64,000 bases of DNA from an uncultured delta proteobacterium (GTDB taxonomy: Bacteria; Myxococcota_A; Polyangia; Polyangiales; Houyiibacteriaceae): assembly GCA_963699755.1 (NCBI GenBank), contig CAVOVB010000002.1, positions 576,001-640,000 of the forward strand, read 5' to 3'. Shown piece by piece: positions 38,459-46,987 of the stretch. The notes under the pieces are model-generated. The model was given only the letters and a program-made list of their open reading frames with translations, made no database searches and had not been told where the DNA came from. How positions within the stretch are numbered: position 1 is the first letter of the stretch; every line of letters starts with the position of its first letter. The translations under genes were made by a program, and so were the position numbers.

Positions 38459-40147
38459 GTGTCACTAACAGGCGATGTATGTCACGCTGATAGTTCCTTG
38501 GAGCATCCGGTTTTGAACTCGTCTGTCCCAGAGCCAGTGGCGGAAGGTACTTTGAGTGCGACGCCACTGGGTCACGTGTTGCTGTCCATCCAGAAGAAGG
38601 GGCTATCGGGGACTCTGGCAATCTGGCCGGATGACGAGCGAACGGGGCAAGACCGTATCCTCTTTCGCTCCGGCGCTCCGGCAACGGGACGATTCCTCGA
38701 CCCGGCCGCCGACTTCGAGCACGGCCTGCTCCACCTCTTCAGCCGGGGAGAATCGCCGTATGCGTTCTACGAAGCGGACTTGGTCGGTGATGGGGAAGGT
38801 GTACTCCGAGGGACAGTCGACATCTTCTCGCTCATTGCGCACGCCCTTCGCACCGATGTTCCCAGGGACGCCGTGGCGCGCGTCATTCGAAAGCTCGGCC
38901 CCGAAGCGCAACGAATCAAGTCCGGAGCGCCCTTGGCGAGACTCCAGCTTCAATCCAACGAGGTTGCGTTCGTCGAGTTGATGCGCGCCGAGCCCGCGGC
39001 GGCGGGAACGCTGGTCGATCAGTTCGGCGACCCGAAAGTCGCCCAGCGGATGCTCTATCTGCTCGCGATCACGGGATGTCTGGAACCGTACGTTCCCGGC
39101 TCACAACAGAAGCTCAGGGCGGTGAGGCCCACTACAGGTCAGGGGGGGGCGCGAGCATCCACTCCGCCGGCACCCGGCGTTTCGATGCGGCCATCGGGAG
39201 GGGTCCCCTCGAGGGATCGCTACTCGACACCTCCTACCGACCGAGAGTCCGGTGTTCCGCGAGCAGACTCGGTCTTGCCGGCCTCGCTCAGCAACCTGCC
39301 GCCATCACGAACGCTCTCTGGCGAAATCGTGGCACCGCGCGCGCTGCCATCGGCGCCCCCACCGAGCCTCAGTCCGGAGCTCACGAAGCGCTGGGAAGAG
39401 ATTGCCCGAGTCGTCGCGATGATGGACCGACAGAACTACTTCGAGATGCTCGGCGTAAAGGAATCCGCCGACACGAGGGAAATCCGCAAGAAGTACATGA
39501 CGGTCGCAAAGACTTGGCATCCGGACCGCTTGCCTTCGGAGCTTTCCGCTCTCCGTCCCTGGGTCGAGGAGATCTTTCACTTGTTCACGGTGGCGAGCGA
39601 TACGCTGAGCGATCCCAAGAAGCGCGTGGAATACCAGAGGACCGTGATGCAGGGCGGCGGCACGCCTGAAGCGGAACGAAAGCTCAACGTCATGGTCGAG
39701 GCAGCGATCAACTTTCAGAAGGTCGACGTGCTGGTGAAGCGGCGGCGGTACGACGAGGCAGCGAAGATCTGCGACGCGGCGATGACGGTCGTTCGCAAGG
39801 AGGCCGACTACCCGGCGATGAAGGCGTGGATCCTGCTGCTGCGTGATGGGGTCGAGAAAGAAGAGACCGCAGTCCAGATCCGCGAGCTGCTCCGCACGAC
39901 TTTCTCGATCAACCCAGACCATGTGCACGGCCACTTCGTGCGCGCCCATTTCTTGAAGAGGCAGGGCGAGCACGACAAGGCGCTCAAGCACTTCAAGAAA
40001 GTCGCCAGGCTCGACCCGCGGAACCTCGAGGCAGCTCGCGAGGTCCGAATTGGGACGATGCGCCAGTCCAGAGGCCGAAGCAGCGCACCACCCCCTCGAA
40101 ACGAAGGCAAGCGCCCCAAGATCTTCGGGAAGTTCTTCAAGAAGTAA
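38459..40147 (+). CDS. DUF4388-like domain plus J domain plus TPR protein (start uncertain)
   Basis: GTLSATPLGHVL...SGTL N-terminal domain, NYFEMLGV...WHPD (intact HPD), C-terminal TPR. Confidence 0.8.
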   Translation: MSLTGDVCHADSSLEHPVLNSSVPEPVAEGTLSATPLGHVLLSIQKKGLSGTLAIWPDDERTGQDRILFRSGAPATGRFLDPAADFEHGLLHLFSRGESPYAFYEADLVGDGEGVLRGTVDIFSLIAHALRTDVPRDAVARVIRKLGPEAQRIKSGAPLARLQLQSNEVAFVELMRAEPAAAGTLVDQFGDPKVAQRMLYLLAITGCLEPYVPGSQQKLRAVRPTTGQGGARASTPPAPGVSMRPSGGVPSRDRYSTPPTDRESGVPRADSVLPASLSNLPPSRTLSGEIVAPRALPSAPPPSLSPELTKRWEEIARVVAMMDRQNYFEMLGVKESADTREIRKKYMTVAKTWHPDRLPSELSALRPWVEEIFHLFTVASDTLSDPKKRVEYQRTVMQGGGTPEAERKLNVMVEAAINFQKVDVLVKRRRYDEAAKICDAAMTVVRKEADYPAMKAWILLLRDGVEKEETAVQIRELLRTTFSINPDHVHGHFVRAHFLKRQGEHDKALKHFKKVARLDPRNLEAAREVRIGTMRQSRGRSSAPPPRNEGKRPKIFGKFFKK

Positions 40148-40187
40148 GGGGCGGTTCCACTGGGGCGCGGAAAGAGGCGTGACCCCG

Positions 40188-40380
40188 GGCGACGACCAAG
40201 CATACGACCTGAGAGCGGGTCGCAGCGGCCGTGCTCGCGATTGGGCGCCCCGTCGCCGCGGCTCTTCACGGAGCCAACCGGCTAAGCGCCGGCCCAATCG
40301 CCGTGCTGCCCCTCGGGAGCCGTTCTCCTGTGTGGATGGAGTTGAACGCAGGGGCGCCCGCGAGCACCTGCGTCGCCTGC
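40188..40380 (-). ncRNA. ssrS: Probable 6S RNA
   Basis: About 190-nt rod: closing helices 40371-77/40188-94 and 40351-67/40231-51, an unpaired central bubble, internal stems 40325-28/40270-73 and 40318-22/40279-83, and an apical hairpin. The motif order CTGCGTT..GGAGAACG..GGCAGCACGG..CTCCGT.AA matches my recollection of cyanobacterial-type 6S RNA. A TACGAT -10 element lies at 40391-96. Confidence 0.65.
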
Positions 40381-40413
40381 CTTTCTCCGAATCGTAGGGT
40401 TGATCGTTGCAGC

Positions 40414-41340
40414 TCAGAACGTCGCGATCGTCACGTGGGCTCGGGCGTCGTGGGCTGGGACGATGACGAGGTCCGGGTTTGCACGTTGGAGTCGGTGTAA
40501 GAGGACCAGTTGGTCGCGGACCGCGGCGGCGTCGTGGTCGACCATTCGCCTGGTGAGCCAAGGTTTTTCGGCGGGCCAGTCGATACCTTCTCGGGTCCAC
40601 GAGGTGTCACCGATGACCAAAAACCGCCTGCGGTCAGGGAGGGTCACGAATGCTGCGATGGAGCCAGGGGTGTGACCGGGCATTGGCACGAGCACCACAG
40701 TTCCGTCGCCGAAGAAGTCGTGGCTCGCTGCAAACGGACCGTACGCGCCGTCAGCAAAGCTCAGCTCTTGGAGCTGGAACTGGCCGCCGGCCTCTAGCTG
40801 TCGGTAGAGCTTCCCGCCTGCATCATCCGATCGCGCATGCGCGAGCTCCTCCGGCGTGATCCAAACCGGCACTTCGCGAAGGTCCTGGAGACCGCTCACG
40901 TGATCCCAGTGCGAGTGCGTGAGCACGACTCCCCGAAGGTCGTGAGGCCCGAGCCCGCGCGCGGCAAGAGCGTCGATCGTCGGTTGCTTCACGCTGAGAT
41001 GCGCTAAGGCCTGCATCAGCAACGGCGTCGTTTTCAGATGCTGCGCCAACTTCCGACCCACCCCTGCATCGATCAACAAGCGCCCCCGAGGATGTTCAAC
41101 CATGAACGCAGCAAGCCCGGTTGTGAAGGGCTTCAACAAAGACCCTCCGCGAACGCTGAAGCCCTCCTGGCTCTTGATCTCAGCGCCCCGAATCACTGAA
41201 AACGATACGCCCTCGATCGAAACCGGCTGTGGCAGAGCAGGCCCCATGGCCTTCGGAACGGTCAACGGACGCTTCAGAAAGCTCCACGCGAGGCTGGCGA
41301 GCAGAACGATGACGAGCAGGAGAGCGATCCGGATCTTCAC
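40414..41340 (-). CDS. MBL-fold metallo-hydrolase (AHL-lactonase-like), N-terminally anchored
   Basis: LIDAG, THSHWDH (HxHxDH), PGHTPG, IGD, PAHD. Confidence 0.88.
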   Translation of the reverse strand: MKIRIALLLVIVLLASLAWSFLKRPLTVPKAMGPALPQPVSIEGVSFSVIRGAEIKSQEGFSVRGGSLLKPFTTGLAAFMVEHPRGRLLIDAGVGRKLAQHLKTTPLLMQALAHLSVKQPTIDALAARGLGPHDLRGVVLTHSHWDHVSGLQDLREVPVWITPEELAHARSDDAGGKLYRQLEAGGQFQLQELSFADGAYGPFAASHDFFGDGTVVLVPMPGHTPGSIAAFVTLPDRRRFLVIGDTSWTREGIDWPAEKPWLTRRMVDHDAAAVRDQLVLLHRLQRANPDLVIVPAHDARAHVTIATF

Positions 41341-41483
41341 GTGGCGGCAAAGATAGTACCGGGGCAGCTCCCTGTCCCGACCACAACCAGCGTCACGGCG
41401 ATGGTCAGCGTTGGGCGCCGGCGGCCCTCCGGAAATCGCCGGCCCCAGCTCTTCCAAACACTCGAAATCGGTCAACAGGCCTC

Positions 41484-41499
41484 TGGCACGCGTACTGCA
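41484..41499 (+). promoter_or_regulatory. sigma54-type (-24/-12) promoter upstream of radC
   Basis: TGGCAC-GCGTA-CTGCA with exact GG-N10-GC spacing, 14 nt before ATG 41514. Confidence 0.55.
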
Positions 41500-41513
41500 C
41501 ATCGTCCTTCGCC

Positions 41514-42209
41514 ATGGACCGTCCCCGTGAGCGAATCGCCCGTCTTGGCCCAACGACCCTCTCCGATACAGAGCTCCTCGCGCTCATCCTAGGAACCGGA
41601 CGCTCGGGCGAGGGCGTTGGCTCGTTGGCGAGCCGAATCCTGCGAGACATCGGAGGGCTTTGGGCACTCGCACGAATGAGCGTTGCCGAGCTTGCCCGGA
41701 TCGAGGGTATCGGCCCTGCAAAGGCGGCTCGCCTGGCGGCTGCGTTCGAGCTCGGGTCGCGCAGCCTGGTTTCGCCCGATCTCAATGCCGCCCCGCTCTC
41801 GAACAGCGAAATGGTCTATATTCGGTACGGTCGGCGGCTCATGGCGAGCCCAGTCGAGCGGTTCATGGTGGTCTCGGTCGATGCGAAGAACCGTGTGCGC
41901 GCCGAGCGGGAGGTAGCGCGCGGAGGTCGCACGAGCTGCCAGGTCGATCCGGCGGAAGTCTTCCGGCTCTTGGTCGCCGAATCGGCCTCCGGTGCCATCT
42001 TCGTTCACAACCACCCAAGCGGAGACCCCGATCCGAGTCGCCAAGACCTCGAGCTCACCCAACGTCTCGTCTCGGCGGGCTCGTTGCTCGATATCCGCAT
42101 CCTCGATCATGTCATCGTGGGGACTGGGAGATACACCAGCCTCCGCGATGCAGGCCTGTGGCCTACTAACCCCCCCAAATCACAGGCTTCTACGGCTCTG
42201 CCGGAATGA
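41514..42209 (+). CDS. radC: RadC/JAB-domain protein (full length)
   Basis: PRERI...LSDTELLALIL, GIGPAKA, HNHPSGDPDPSRQD, LDHVIV. Confidence 0.95.
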   Translation: MDRPRERIARLGPTTLSDTELLALILGTGRSGEGVGSLASRILRDIGGLWALARMSVAELARIEGIGPAKAARLAAAFELGSRSLVSPDLNAAPLSNSEMVYIRYGRRLMASPVERFMVVSVDAKNRVRAEREVARGGRTSCQVDPAEVFRLLVAESASGAIFVHNHPSGDPDPSRQDLELTQRLVSAGSLLDIRILDHVIVGTGRYTSLRDAGLWPTNPPKSQASTALPE

Positions 42210-42219
42210 TTGGGGCGAC

Positions 42220-42248
42220 TTGACACCCCATCAACGCCGTGCTTTCTT
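42220..42248 (+). promoter_or_regulatory. Probable promoter of the rpmH operon
   Basis: TTGACA-N17-TTTCTT with TG upstream of the -10 element. Confidence 0.45.
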
Positions 42249-42278
42249 CCCGCACTCTTATCTCTCGGGAGCATTGCA

Positions 42279-42428
42279 GTGAAGCGGACCTATCAACCCC
42301 ATCGTAAGCGCCGTCTTCGGACACACGGGTTCCGCGCGCGTATGAAGACCAAGAGCGGGCGAGCCGTGATCAACGCTCGTCGTCGCAAGGGGCGCAAGCG
42401 CCTCACCGTGTCCTGCTACAAAAAGTAG
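42279..42428 (+). CDS. rpmH: 50S ribosomal protein L34
   Basis: [44 protein letters not shown]. Confidence 0.97.
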   Translation: MKRTYQPHRKRRLRTHGFRARMKTKSGRAVINARRRKGRKRLTVSCYKK

Positions 42429-42442
42429 CGTCAAACTGTGCG

Positions 42443-42838
42443 ATGATGCCTCGCACTTCGGGAATCACGGGGGCTCTTGGCGACAAACCGCAGCGCTTTC
42501 GACGCAGCGATCGGCTTAAGAAGCGCTACGAATTCAAACAAGCACAGCTGAGCGGGCGACGAATCCACACCCCCCACTTTCTCATCGTCGTCCTACCTAC
42601 TGCACAACGAAACACGCGACTTGGGATCACCGTGACGAAGAAAGTGGGAACCGCCGTCAAGAGAAACCGAATCAAGCGAGTCGTGCGCGAGGTCTTTCGT
42701 CGCAACCGCGAACTGTTTCCGGCCTCCCACGACTTCGTCTTCATCGCAAAGCGTGGTGCCACCGACATTGATTACGGCTCGCTCTTGAACGAGCTCCAAC
42801 GCGCCTCGCGGAAGCTGGAAGCGGGGGAGGCGCGATGA
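42443..42838 (+). CDS. rnpA: Ribonuclease P protein component
   Basis: RLKKRYEF, RLGITVTKKVG, AVKRNRIKRVVRE. Confidence 0.95.
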   Translation: MMPRTSGITGALGDKPQRFRRSDRLKKRYEFKQAQLSGRRIHTPHFLIVVLPTAQRNTRLGITVTKKVGTAVKRNRIKRVVREVFRRNRELFPASHDFVFIAKRGATDIDYGSLLNELQRASRKLEAGEAR

Positions 42839-43092
42839 TCCGGGCGGCTCTTCTCTTCTTGATCCGCCTCTACCAGATGACGCTGTCGCGCCTGATCGGT
42901 CCTTCGTGCCGATTCGAGCCCTCTTGCTCGCACTATACCGCAACCTGCATCGAGCGGTTCGGCGCACTGCGAGGCTCGTGGCTGGGACTGAAGCGAATCG
43001 GACGTTGCCACCCGTTGAATCCAGGCGGCTACGACCCCGCACCGCATCCCGAGCACCCTCAGCAAGAAACGCAAGAGGCGCGGCATGGATGA
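42835..43092 (+). CDS. yidD: Membrane protein insertion efficiency factor
   Basis: CRFEPSCSHY...RIGRCHP...GGYDP. Confidence 0.95.
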   Translation: MIRAALLFLIRLYQMTLSRLIGPSCRFEPSCSHYTATCIERFGALRGSWLGLKRIGRCHPLNPGGYDPAPHPEHPQQETQEARHG

Positions 43093-44881
43093 TCGAAAGC
43101 AACCGCCTGTTGCCCTCATGCTACTGCCGCTCGTTGCGCTCGGGGCGATGCTGGCTGTTCAGCATTTTGCCCCCCCGAAGCCGAAGGCCCAGACCGAAGA
43201 GCTTCCGGTCGACCAGGCGGCAGCAGCGGTTCCCGAGGAGGCCGAACGCAGCGGCACCGAGGCGGCTCCGCCGCAGCTATCGCCGGTAGATGCGCGCTCT
43301 CGCGTCGACTCGCAGCAGATTTACAGGCTCGAAAGCGATCGCATCATCGCATCCTTCACCGACCTGAACACCGGCATGGTGAGCTTGCGGGTCAAAGGCG
43401 AGCGGTACCACGACGAAGAGGGAAACCCCATCGAGCTGGTGACGACCGACAAAGAGCAGTACCTGCCGCTCACGCCTTCGTTCTCCGGCGTGAGGATTCC
43501 TGCCGATGCGCGATGGCAAATGGTCGAGGCCACCAAAGAAAGGCTGCGCTTCCAGTGGGCGGGCGACGGGGTTTCGGTCACCCGTACTTGGGAGCTCGCT
43601 GAACCGCCCTTTCAACTTCACTCCTCGATCGAGGTTCGGAACGACGCCTCCAGCTCGAGGTCGGTGGGTGTGGGGATCACCTCCGCCCATTACGTTCGCC
43701 GCGCAGACGAGAAAGCTGGCTTCATCGGAAGGCCGTCCCCGGCGCTGAGCCACGGGATCTGCCAGCAAGGCGACGACACGATTCGGGAGGACCGAGAAGG
43801 CCTCTTGAGCGAAGACGAGCTGCGTCCGATGCAACCGCATAGCTACGGCCCCGGCATCGAGTACGTCGCGCTCTGCAGCGTCTACTTCGCCATCATTGCG
43901 GCGCCGGAGGGCGGCAGCGCCGAGCGCTGTGACATGTTGACGACCGATCGCGGTGGGACCGTGAAGGAACCGGACGGGAGCCTCTTCGAGGCAAGGCTCA
44001 CCTACGCACCACAGGAGATCGGTCCCGGAGAAACTGCAACCTTCCGGACCGCGGTCTATGCCGGTCCCAAGGACTACGACGCGCTCGAGGAGTTCGGGCA
44101 CAGCGCTTCGAAGGTCATCGACCTCGGATGGTTCAGCTTCATCGCCCGAGGGATGAGCTGGCTTCTGCGCACGATCTACGGATTCATCGGCAACTGGGGC
44201 GTCGCGATCATCCTCCTCACTCTTCTCGTCCGAGTGTTGCTGCTGCCGTTCGTCGTCCCACAGTTCCGGAACATGGCGAAGCAGCGCGCGCTCAAGCCCG
44301 AGATCGATAAGATCAACGAGCTGTACAAGGACGATCGCGAAAAGAAGGGCGCCGCGATGATGGAGCTCTGGCGCAAGCACAAGGTAAACCCGCTTGGCGG
44401 CTGCCTCCCAGTGCTTCTGCAGATGCCGATCTTCTTTGCGCTCTATCAGACGCTCTCGACGAGCATCGAGCTCTACCACGCGCCGTTCGTCCTATGGTGG
44501 ACCGACCTCTCCTCGCCGGACCCCTACTACGTATTACCAATCATCCTCGGCGCTCTGATGTTCATTCAGCAAAAGCTCACGCCGGTCCAAATGGACGCGA
44601 CGCAGGCCAAGGTCATGCTCTATGCCATGCCGCTGATGATGACGTTTTTCATGCTGCTTCTCCCTACCGGCCTTTGCTTGTACATGGTGACCAGCTCCGC
44701 CATCGGGATCACGCAGCAGCGATACATGTACTGGAAGATGGACCAAGAAACGTCAGCCCTGGCGACCAGCGGGGAGGACGGCGACGATGAACCAGATCAC
44801 GCGGCTGACGATACGGCAGCCGCCGCACCCAAGCAGGCCAAGCCCAGCAGAAAGAAGAGGACTCGCCGTGGACGAGCTTAA
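43085..44881 (+). CDS. yidC: Membrane protein insertase
   Basis: YAGPK, IDLGW, NWGVAIILLT, NPLGGCLP.LLQMPIF, DLSSPDPYY. Confidence 0.95.
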   Translation: MDDRKQPPVALMLLPLVALGAMLAVQHFAPPKPKAQTEELPVDQAAAAVPEEAERSGTEAAPPQLSPVDARSRVDSQQIYRLESDRIIASFTDLNTGMVSLRVKGERYHDEEGNPIELVTTDKEQYLPLTPSFSGVRIPADARWQMVEATKERLRFQWAGDGVSVTRTWELAEPPFQLHSSIEVRNDASSSRSVGVGITSAHYVRRADEKAGFIGRPSPALSHGICQQGDDTIREDREGLLSEDELRPMQPHSYGPGIEYVALCSVYFAIIAAPEGGSAERCDMLTTDRGGTVKEPDGSLFEARLTYAPQEIGPGETATFRTAVYAGPKDYDALEEFGHSASKVIDLGWFSFIARGMSWLLRTIYGFIGNWGVAIILLTLLVRVLLLPFVVPQFRNMAKQRALKPEIDKINELYKDDREKKGAAMMELWRKHKVNPLGGCLPVLLQMPIFFALYQTLSTSIELYHAPFVLWWTDLSSPDPYYVLPIILGALMFIQQKLTPVQMDATQAKVMLYAMPLMMTFFMLLLPTGLCLYMVTSSAIGITQQRYMYWKMDQETSALATSGEDGDDEPDHAADDTAAAAPKQAKPSRKKRTRRGRA

Positions 44882-45413
44882 GAGTAAACCGCGTGACGGA
44901 GCGCTGATTCTCGATCAACCAACGCAGGACGATCCCAGCCGATATGCCGGTGACGGCAAGGCCGAAGAGGCTGCGGAGATTCTCGAGGAACTGATGAACT
45001 TGATGGACCTCGACGTTCGGGTCGACATTCGCGCCGATGGCGAGCGAATCGAGCTCGACGTGACCGGAGAGGACTCCGGCCGCGTGATCGGCAAGAAGGG
45101 CGCAACCCTCGATGCGCTCCAATTTTTGATCAACAAGATGGTCAACCGCTTTCCCGAAGGGCGCCGCCACGTCATCGTGGATTCCGGCGACTACCGAGAG
45201 CGCCACGACGACGGTCTCATTTCGATGGCCAAACGCCAGGCCGATCGTGCCATCAACGAAGGCAAAGTGGTTACCCTTCAGCCGATGAACGCCCGCGACC
45301 GCCGCGTCGTCCACATGTCGCTCGCGAAATTCGACGGCGTGAGCACGATGTCGCAGGGCGAAGGAATGCGCCGCCGGATCCAAATTATCCCGGCACGTAA
45401 GCGCCGGTCGTGA
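44868..45413 (+). CDS. jag: Jag/KhpB RNA-binding protein (KH plus R3H; no Jag_N domain)
   Basis: VIGKKGATLDALQ, DSGDYRER, PMNARDRRVVH, SQGEG. GGAC/GAGGA SD before GTG 44868. Confidence 0.88.
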   Translation: MDELKSKPRDGALILDQPTQDDPSRYAGDGKAEEAAEILEELMNLMDLDVRVDIRADGERIELDVTGEDSGRVIGKKGATLDALQFLINKMVNRFPEGRRHVIVDSGDYRERHDDGLISMAKRQADRAINEGKVVTLQPMNARDRRVVHMSLAKFDGVSTMSQGEGMRRRIQIIPARKRRS

Positions 45414-45420
45414 TCCATCG

Positions 45421-45446
45421 CCTCACCGCCAAACCGGCGGGTGGGG
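45421..45446. terminator. GC-rich hairpin between convergent jag and rsmG genes
   Basis: CCTCACCGCC-AAACC-GGCGGGTGGGG with a weak U tract. Confidence 0.45.
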
Positions 45447-45453
45447 TTCGCGT

Positions 45454-46089
45454 CTAGAGGCTTGCGGTGGCGCTCGATGAGACAGACCGGCGATAGGACA
45501 GGATCGATCGGGGTGCGCCGCTCGAGGGCACCTCGTAGTCGAGCCGGCGTTCGAGATGCAGGTCGTCGGGCGCGTTGAGCTCGGTCCCGGCGGTCAGTAC
45601 CCAGACCTCGTCAGCCAGTTGCGCGCCGATCGGCAACCAGTCGGAGGGTGAAAACGTCGCGCGCGAAAGGGCGATGTCAAACGGCGCGCCATCGACGGCC
45701 GGCCTTCCGGGGTCAACCTTCTGCTGCAAGATCGTCGTGCGTCGAGCGAGGCCGAGCGACCCGGCAGCGGTCCGCAAGAACGTAGCTCGTATTCGTCTCG
45801 GCTCGACGAGCGTTGCTCGCAGCATCTCCTCGACAAGCAGGATCGGGATGGTTGGCGCCCCGACACCTGCGCCGATGTCTACCAGTGAGACCGAGGCGTC
45901 CGTCCATCCAGCGCGGATCAACTGAGCCGCGTCGAGAAACAGGATTTCGGCAAGCTCGGTGTCGGTCCGCGCCGAAGTGAGATCGGTCCGCGCGTCCCAT
46001 GACCGCGTGACCTCGAAGTAGGCCACCCAGCCCTCGGGTTGTTCAATCCCCGCTTCGGCGCACAGGGCGCGAATCGCCTCCACAGTCAT
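45454..46089 (-). CDS. rsmG: 16S rRNA m7G methyltransferase (RsmG/GidB-like, divergent)
   Basis: WDARTDLTS, LVDIGAGVGAP, TLVEPRRIRATFL, FDIALSRAT. Confidence 0.78.
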   Translation of the reverse strand: MTVEAIRALCAEAGIEQPEGWVAYFEVTRSWDARTDLTSARTDTELAEILFLDAAQLIRAGWTDASVSLVDIGAGVGAPTIPILLVEEMLRATLVEPRRIRATFLRTAAGSLGLARRTTILQQKVDPGRPAVDGAPFDIALSRATFSPSDWLPIGAQLADEVWVLTAGTELNAPDDLHLERRLDYEVPSSGAPRSILSYRRSVSSSATASL

Positions 46090-46925
46090 CCGGCCCGGGC
46101 CCGGTGCCAGGCCAGCTTGAGGTCAGCCATCTGCGCGTATCGCTCTTCCCTGTGGCAATGCATGGCCCGTTCGATCACTCGCGCGATCGCAGCAGGCACT
46201 GGGGCGACGGCGTCGATTGGAAGGCAATCGCCTGCGTCGATCTTCATCATGAGGCGGCCGAGGTGGCGCTCGCCAAACGCTCGCCGCGCGCTCAAGGCCT
46301 CATAGAGCAGGACCCCCACCCCATAGACGTCGATGCGTTGGTCGACATCGCTCTTGCCGGTCAGCACCTCGGGTGCCATGTACCCGGGGGTGCCGCTGAG
46401 TTCGCCGGTCGCCGTCAGCCGGTCGAGGCCGAGGATCTTCGAGGCGCCAAAGTCCACGACGCGTGGACTCCCCTGCGCCGGCCAGATCACATTCGCTGGT
46501 TTCAGATCCCCGTGAAGGACGCCGTGCTGGTGGACCGCGCCCAGGCCATCGCTCAGCGCGTCGACCAGAGCATCCGATTGCTCAATGGACACCGGCCCGC
46601 TCGACAGCCGCTCGGCAAGTGTCTCACCCTCGACATACTCGGTCACCAGGAAGACCAGGCCCGCCTCGTCGATGCCGAGCTCGAGCAGTCCGACGATCGC
46701 CGGATGATCCAAGGCCTTGAGGATGGCCCCTTCACGTCGAAACCGTCTCCGCATCGACTCGTCCGAAAGGAACTCGGCGCGAAGCACTTTGACCGCCGCC
46801 TTCGACCCACCGACCCGATCTACCGCTTCGAACACGTCACCCATGGCGCCGCGTGCTAGCTCTGCAACCAGCTCGTAACGGCCGGCCAGGATCGTTCCAA
46901 GACCGATGGCGGGAGGGTTGGTCAT
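46086..46925 (-). CDS. Stand-alone Ser/Thr protein kinase (non-RD)
   Basis: ARGAMG, AVK, HGDLKPAN, DFG, GTPGYMAPE, IDVYGVG. Confidence 0.9.
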   Translation of the reverse strand: MTNPPAIGLGTILAGRYELVAELARGAMGDVFEAVDRVGGSKAAVKVLRAEFLSDESMRRRFRREGAILKALDHPAIVGLLELGIDEAGLVFLVTEYVEGETLAERLSSGPVSIEQSDALVDALSDGLGAVHQHGVLHGDLKPANVIWPAQGSPRVVDFGASKILGLDRLTATGELSGTPGYMAPEVLTGKSDVDQRIDVYGVGVLLYEALSARRAFGERHLGRLMMKIDAGDCLPIDAVAPVPAAIARVIERAMHCHREERYAQMADLKLAWHRARAG

Positions 46926-46987
46926 GACTCGGCGGGAAGATAACTCTCTTCGCAAACTCGCCCAACTGACGTACGCTCCGCCCGCCG

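Noticed and set aside
40331..40360. GATGGAGTT resembling the start of a fluoride riboswitch
   Set aside because: The P1 pairing and downstream motif are missing, there is no downstream + strand gene, and the 6S-like fold explains the region better.
41514..42209. radC as a marker of a mobile element
   Set aside because: Full-length chromosomal type among housekeeping genes, with no mobility genes.
42210..42278. oriC upstream of rpmH
   Set aside because: Only 69 nt, no TTATCCACA-like boxes seen, no AT-rich unwinding element, and no dnaA.
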